NCBI GenBank assembly: GCA_900553945.1
Contig: USFR01000003.1
Location: 22,568 to 86,567 of the forward strand
Source: an uncultured Clostridium sp.
Lineage (GTDB): Bacteria; Bacillota; Clostridia; TANB77; CAG-508
Length of the DNA: 64,000 nt
Direction: 5' to 3'
Shown piece by piece: positions 62,503-64,000 of this stretch. The translations under genes were made by a program, and so were the position numbers. The notes under the pieces were generated by a model that saw nothing but the letters and a program-made list of their open reading frames with translations, did no database searches and was not told the DNA's origin. Position 1 is the first letter of the stretch. Each line of letters starts with the position of its first letter.

Positions 62503-64000
62503 ATGAAAAAATTAAGTATAAAATTAATTGTTGTTATTCTTGTAGTTTCAATTATATTTAGTTTTATTCAAATATTTTTTGTAAAATCAGAGGTACATGC
62601 TGTTGATCTTAGCAGTTCATATACACAATATATAAAGTCTGGAATAAGAGCGTTTCCAGAGAGTTATCAAAAGAAATTAGCGTATTTAAAATATAATCAT
62701 CCTAATTGGCAGTTTAAAGCATATTATACTGGAATTGATTGGAATGAACTTACTTCTAGTTCTGCTGAAAATCAATGTTTAAAAAATACAATGTATAAAT
62801 CTGCTTTAGTGGATCCATTAACATTATGTGTTTGTGGAAGAAACGGTGATCCTGGTTATTATTGTGCTTCTGCTAAAATGGTTAATTATTATTTAGATCC
62901 AAGAAATTTCATGGATGAATCAATGGTATTTCAGTTTTTAGATTTAGCTAATGGTGATGGCGTTACAAGAGCTGTTGTAGCAAGTGCAACTGCTAATACA
63001 TATTTATATCAATATGTTGATGATATTATGGTAGCTGCTTCTGAAGCTGGAATAAATCCATTACATATTGTTGCAACTATTTTCCAAGAGCTTGGAAGAA
63101 CTGGAACACCAAGAGCTATTTCTGGTACGGTTCCTGGTTATGAAGGATTGTATAATTTTTATAATTATGGTGCTACAGATGGAAATGGAGCCGTTGAAAG
63201 AGGTTTAGCAGAAGCTGGAAGACAAGGCTGGACTTCACCAAGATATGCTTTAATAGATGGAGCAAAAAAAGTATTGAAAAATGGTTATATTTCAGCTGGT
63301 CAGACTACAAAATATTTTTATAAATTTGATGTTGTTGGAAATGAGATTTTAACTGAAAGTATGGGACAAAGAACATATGCATTAAAATATTTTTATGGAC
63401 ATCAATATATGACTAATTTAAGAGATCCTTCTAGTCAAGCTGGTTCTTTATATGATATTTATGCTGATGGAGAAATATTGAATGAGCAATTAACTTTTTT
63501 AATTCCTGTTTATAATAATATGCCTGATGCTACTATTCCTGTTCCAACGTCACTTACAGCAAATCAACAATCTTTATATTATATAAATAGTATGAAGATT
63601 GGAGGAATTAATTTTAGAAAATCTCCAAATGGAGATACATTAGGATCTGTTTATAAAAATACTGTTGTAGAACTTTTGGATAATCAAGGATATTGGTCAA
63701 AGGTTAGAATTATTAGAGCTACATCATATGTTCCTGGACAAAAAAGATGGAATTCTGAAAGCTTAGAAGGTTATGTTGCTACATCTTATTTGAAGAGTGT
63801 GACAGAAGATATACCGGATTATAGAAATCAAGTTGATATGGGAGATGGTGGAACAAATCCAACTCCAAATCCTGATGTAGGAAAAGCTGACTTTAAAGTT
63901 GATGGAGAAAATCTTGTTATGACTCCTGCAACTACGGTAAAGAATATAAAAGATAAATATGCTGGTGCTGTTGTAAAGAAAGCAGATGGTACTGATATTT
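62503..64000 (+). CDS. Secreted GH73-family N-acetylglucosaminidase (autolysin-like) with SH3b domains. Partial, runs off the window end.
   Basis: Strong RBS GAGGAGG. Signal peptide/TM. Glucosaminidase-like region (YYCASAKMVNYYLDPRNF...). C-terminal SH3-like repeat (GINFRKSPNGDTLGSV...). No stop before 64000. Confidence 0.7.
   Translation, partial: MKKLSIKLIVVILVVSIIFSFIQIFFVKSEVHAVDLSSSYTQYIKSGIRAFPESYQKKLAYLKYNHPNWQFKAYYTGIDWNELTSSSAENQCLKNTMYKSALVDPLTLCVCGRNGDPGYYCASAKMVNYYLDPRNFMDESMVFQFLDLANGDGVTRAVVASATANTYLYQYVDDIMVAASEAGINPLHIVATIFQELGRTGTPRAISGTVPGYEGLYNFYNYGATDGNGAVERGLAEAGRQGWTSPRYALIDGAKKVLKNGYISAGQTTKYFYKFDVVGNEILTESMGQRTYALKYFYGHQYMTNLRDPSSQAGSLYDIYADGEILNEQLTFLIPVYNNMPDATIPVPTSLTANQQSLYYINSMKIGGINFRKSPNGDTLGSVYKNTVVELLDNQGYWSKVRIIRATSYVPGQKRWNSESLEGYVATSYLKSVTEDIPDYRNQVDMGDGGTNPTPNPDVGKADFKVDGENLVMTPATTVKNIKDKYAGAVVKKADGTDI

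Overview
This window is a low-GC (~28-30% GC) Firmicutes (Clostridia-like) chromosomal segment. Genes run mostly on the + strand.

Housekeeping content: guaA, dxs, fadD-like, the pyrH-frr-uppS-cdsA-rseP-polC cluster, recG, an M-box riboswitch with mgtE, mscL, tRNA-Gln, and a tRNA(CAU)/tRNA-Tyr pair.

Accessory content:
- A Tn4451-like integrative mobilizable module abutting the 3' end of tRNA-Tyr. It carries a frameshifted large serine recombinase, TnpV, a candidate oriT, MobC and a relaxase.
- A co-directional 8-gene cargo operon follows, ending in a DUF1016 nuclease plus an OLD-family ATPase/TOPRIM and compact UvrD-like helicase pair (Gabija-like).
- A group IIC-like intron with an En-minus RT/maturase sits directly behind a rho-independent terminator.
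- Two ~175-bp MITE-like elements with 26-bp terminal inverted repeats lie in opposite orientation around the pyrH-polC cluster.
- A second ~60-140 bp intergenic repeat family (4 copies) carries a 19-bp palindrome.
- A uracil permease-UPRTase fusion gene has an attenuator-like leader hairpin.
- polC carries an internally duplicated OB-like segment.
- The recombinase and a clpC-like gene are both frameshifted, each by a C inserted before GG.
- Three isolated higher-GC hypothetical genes are present.
- A 12-bp tandem repeat encodes an (STTP)n linker in a secreted Big_2/MBL protein.

The best candidate for a new system is the cargo operon at 16000-22866 (five small enzymes + DUF1016 + OLD-ATPase + short helicase). 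No CRISPR array, rRNA or prophage structural genes were seen.
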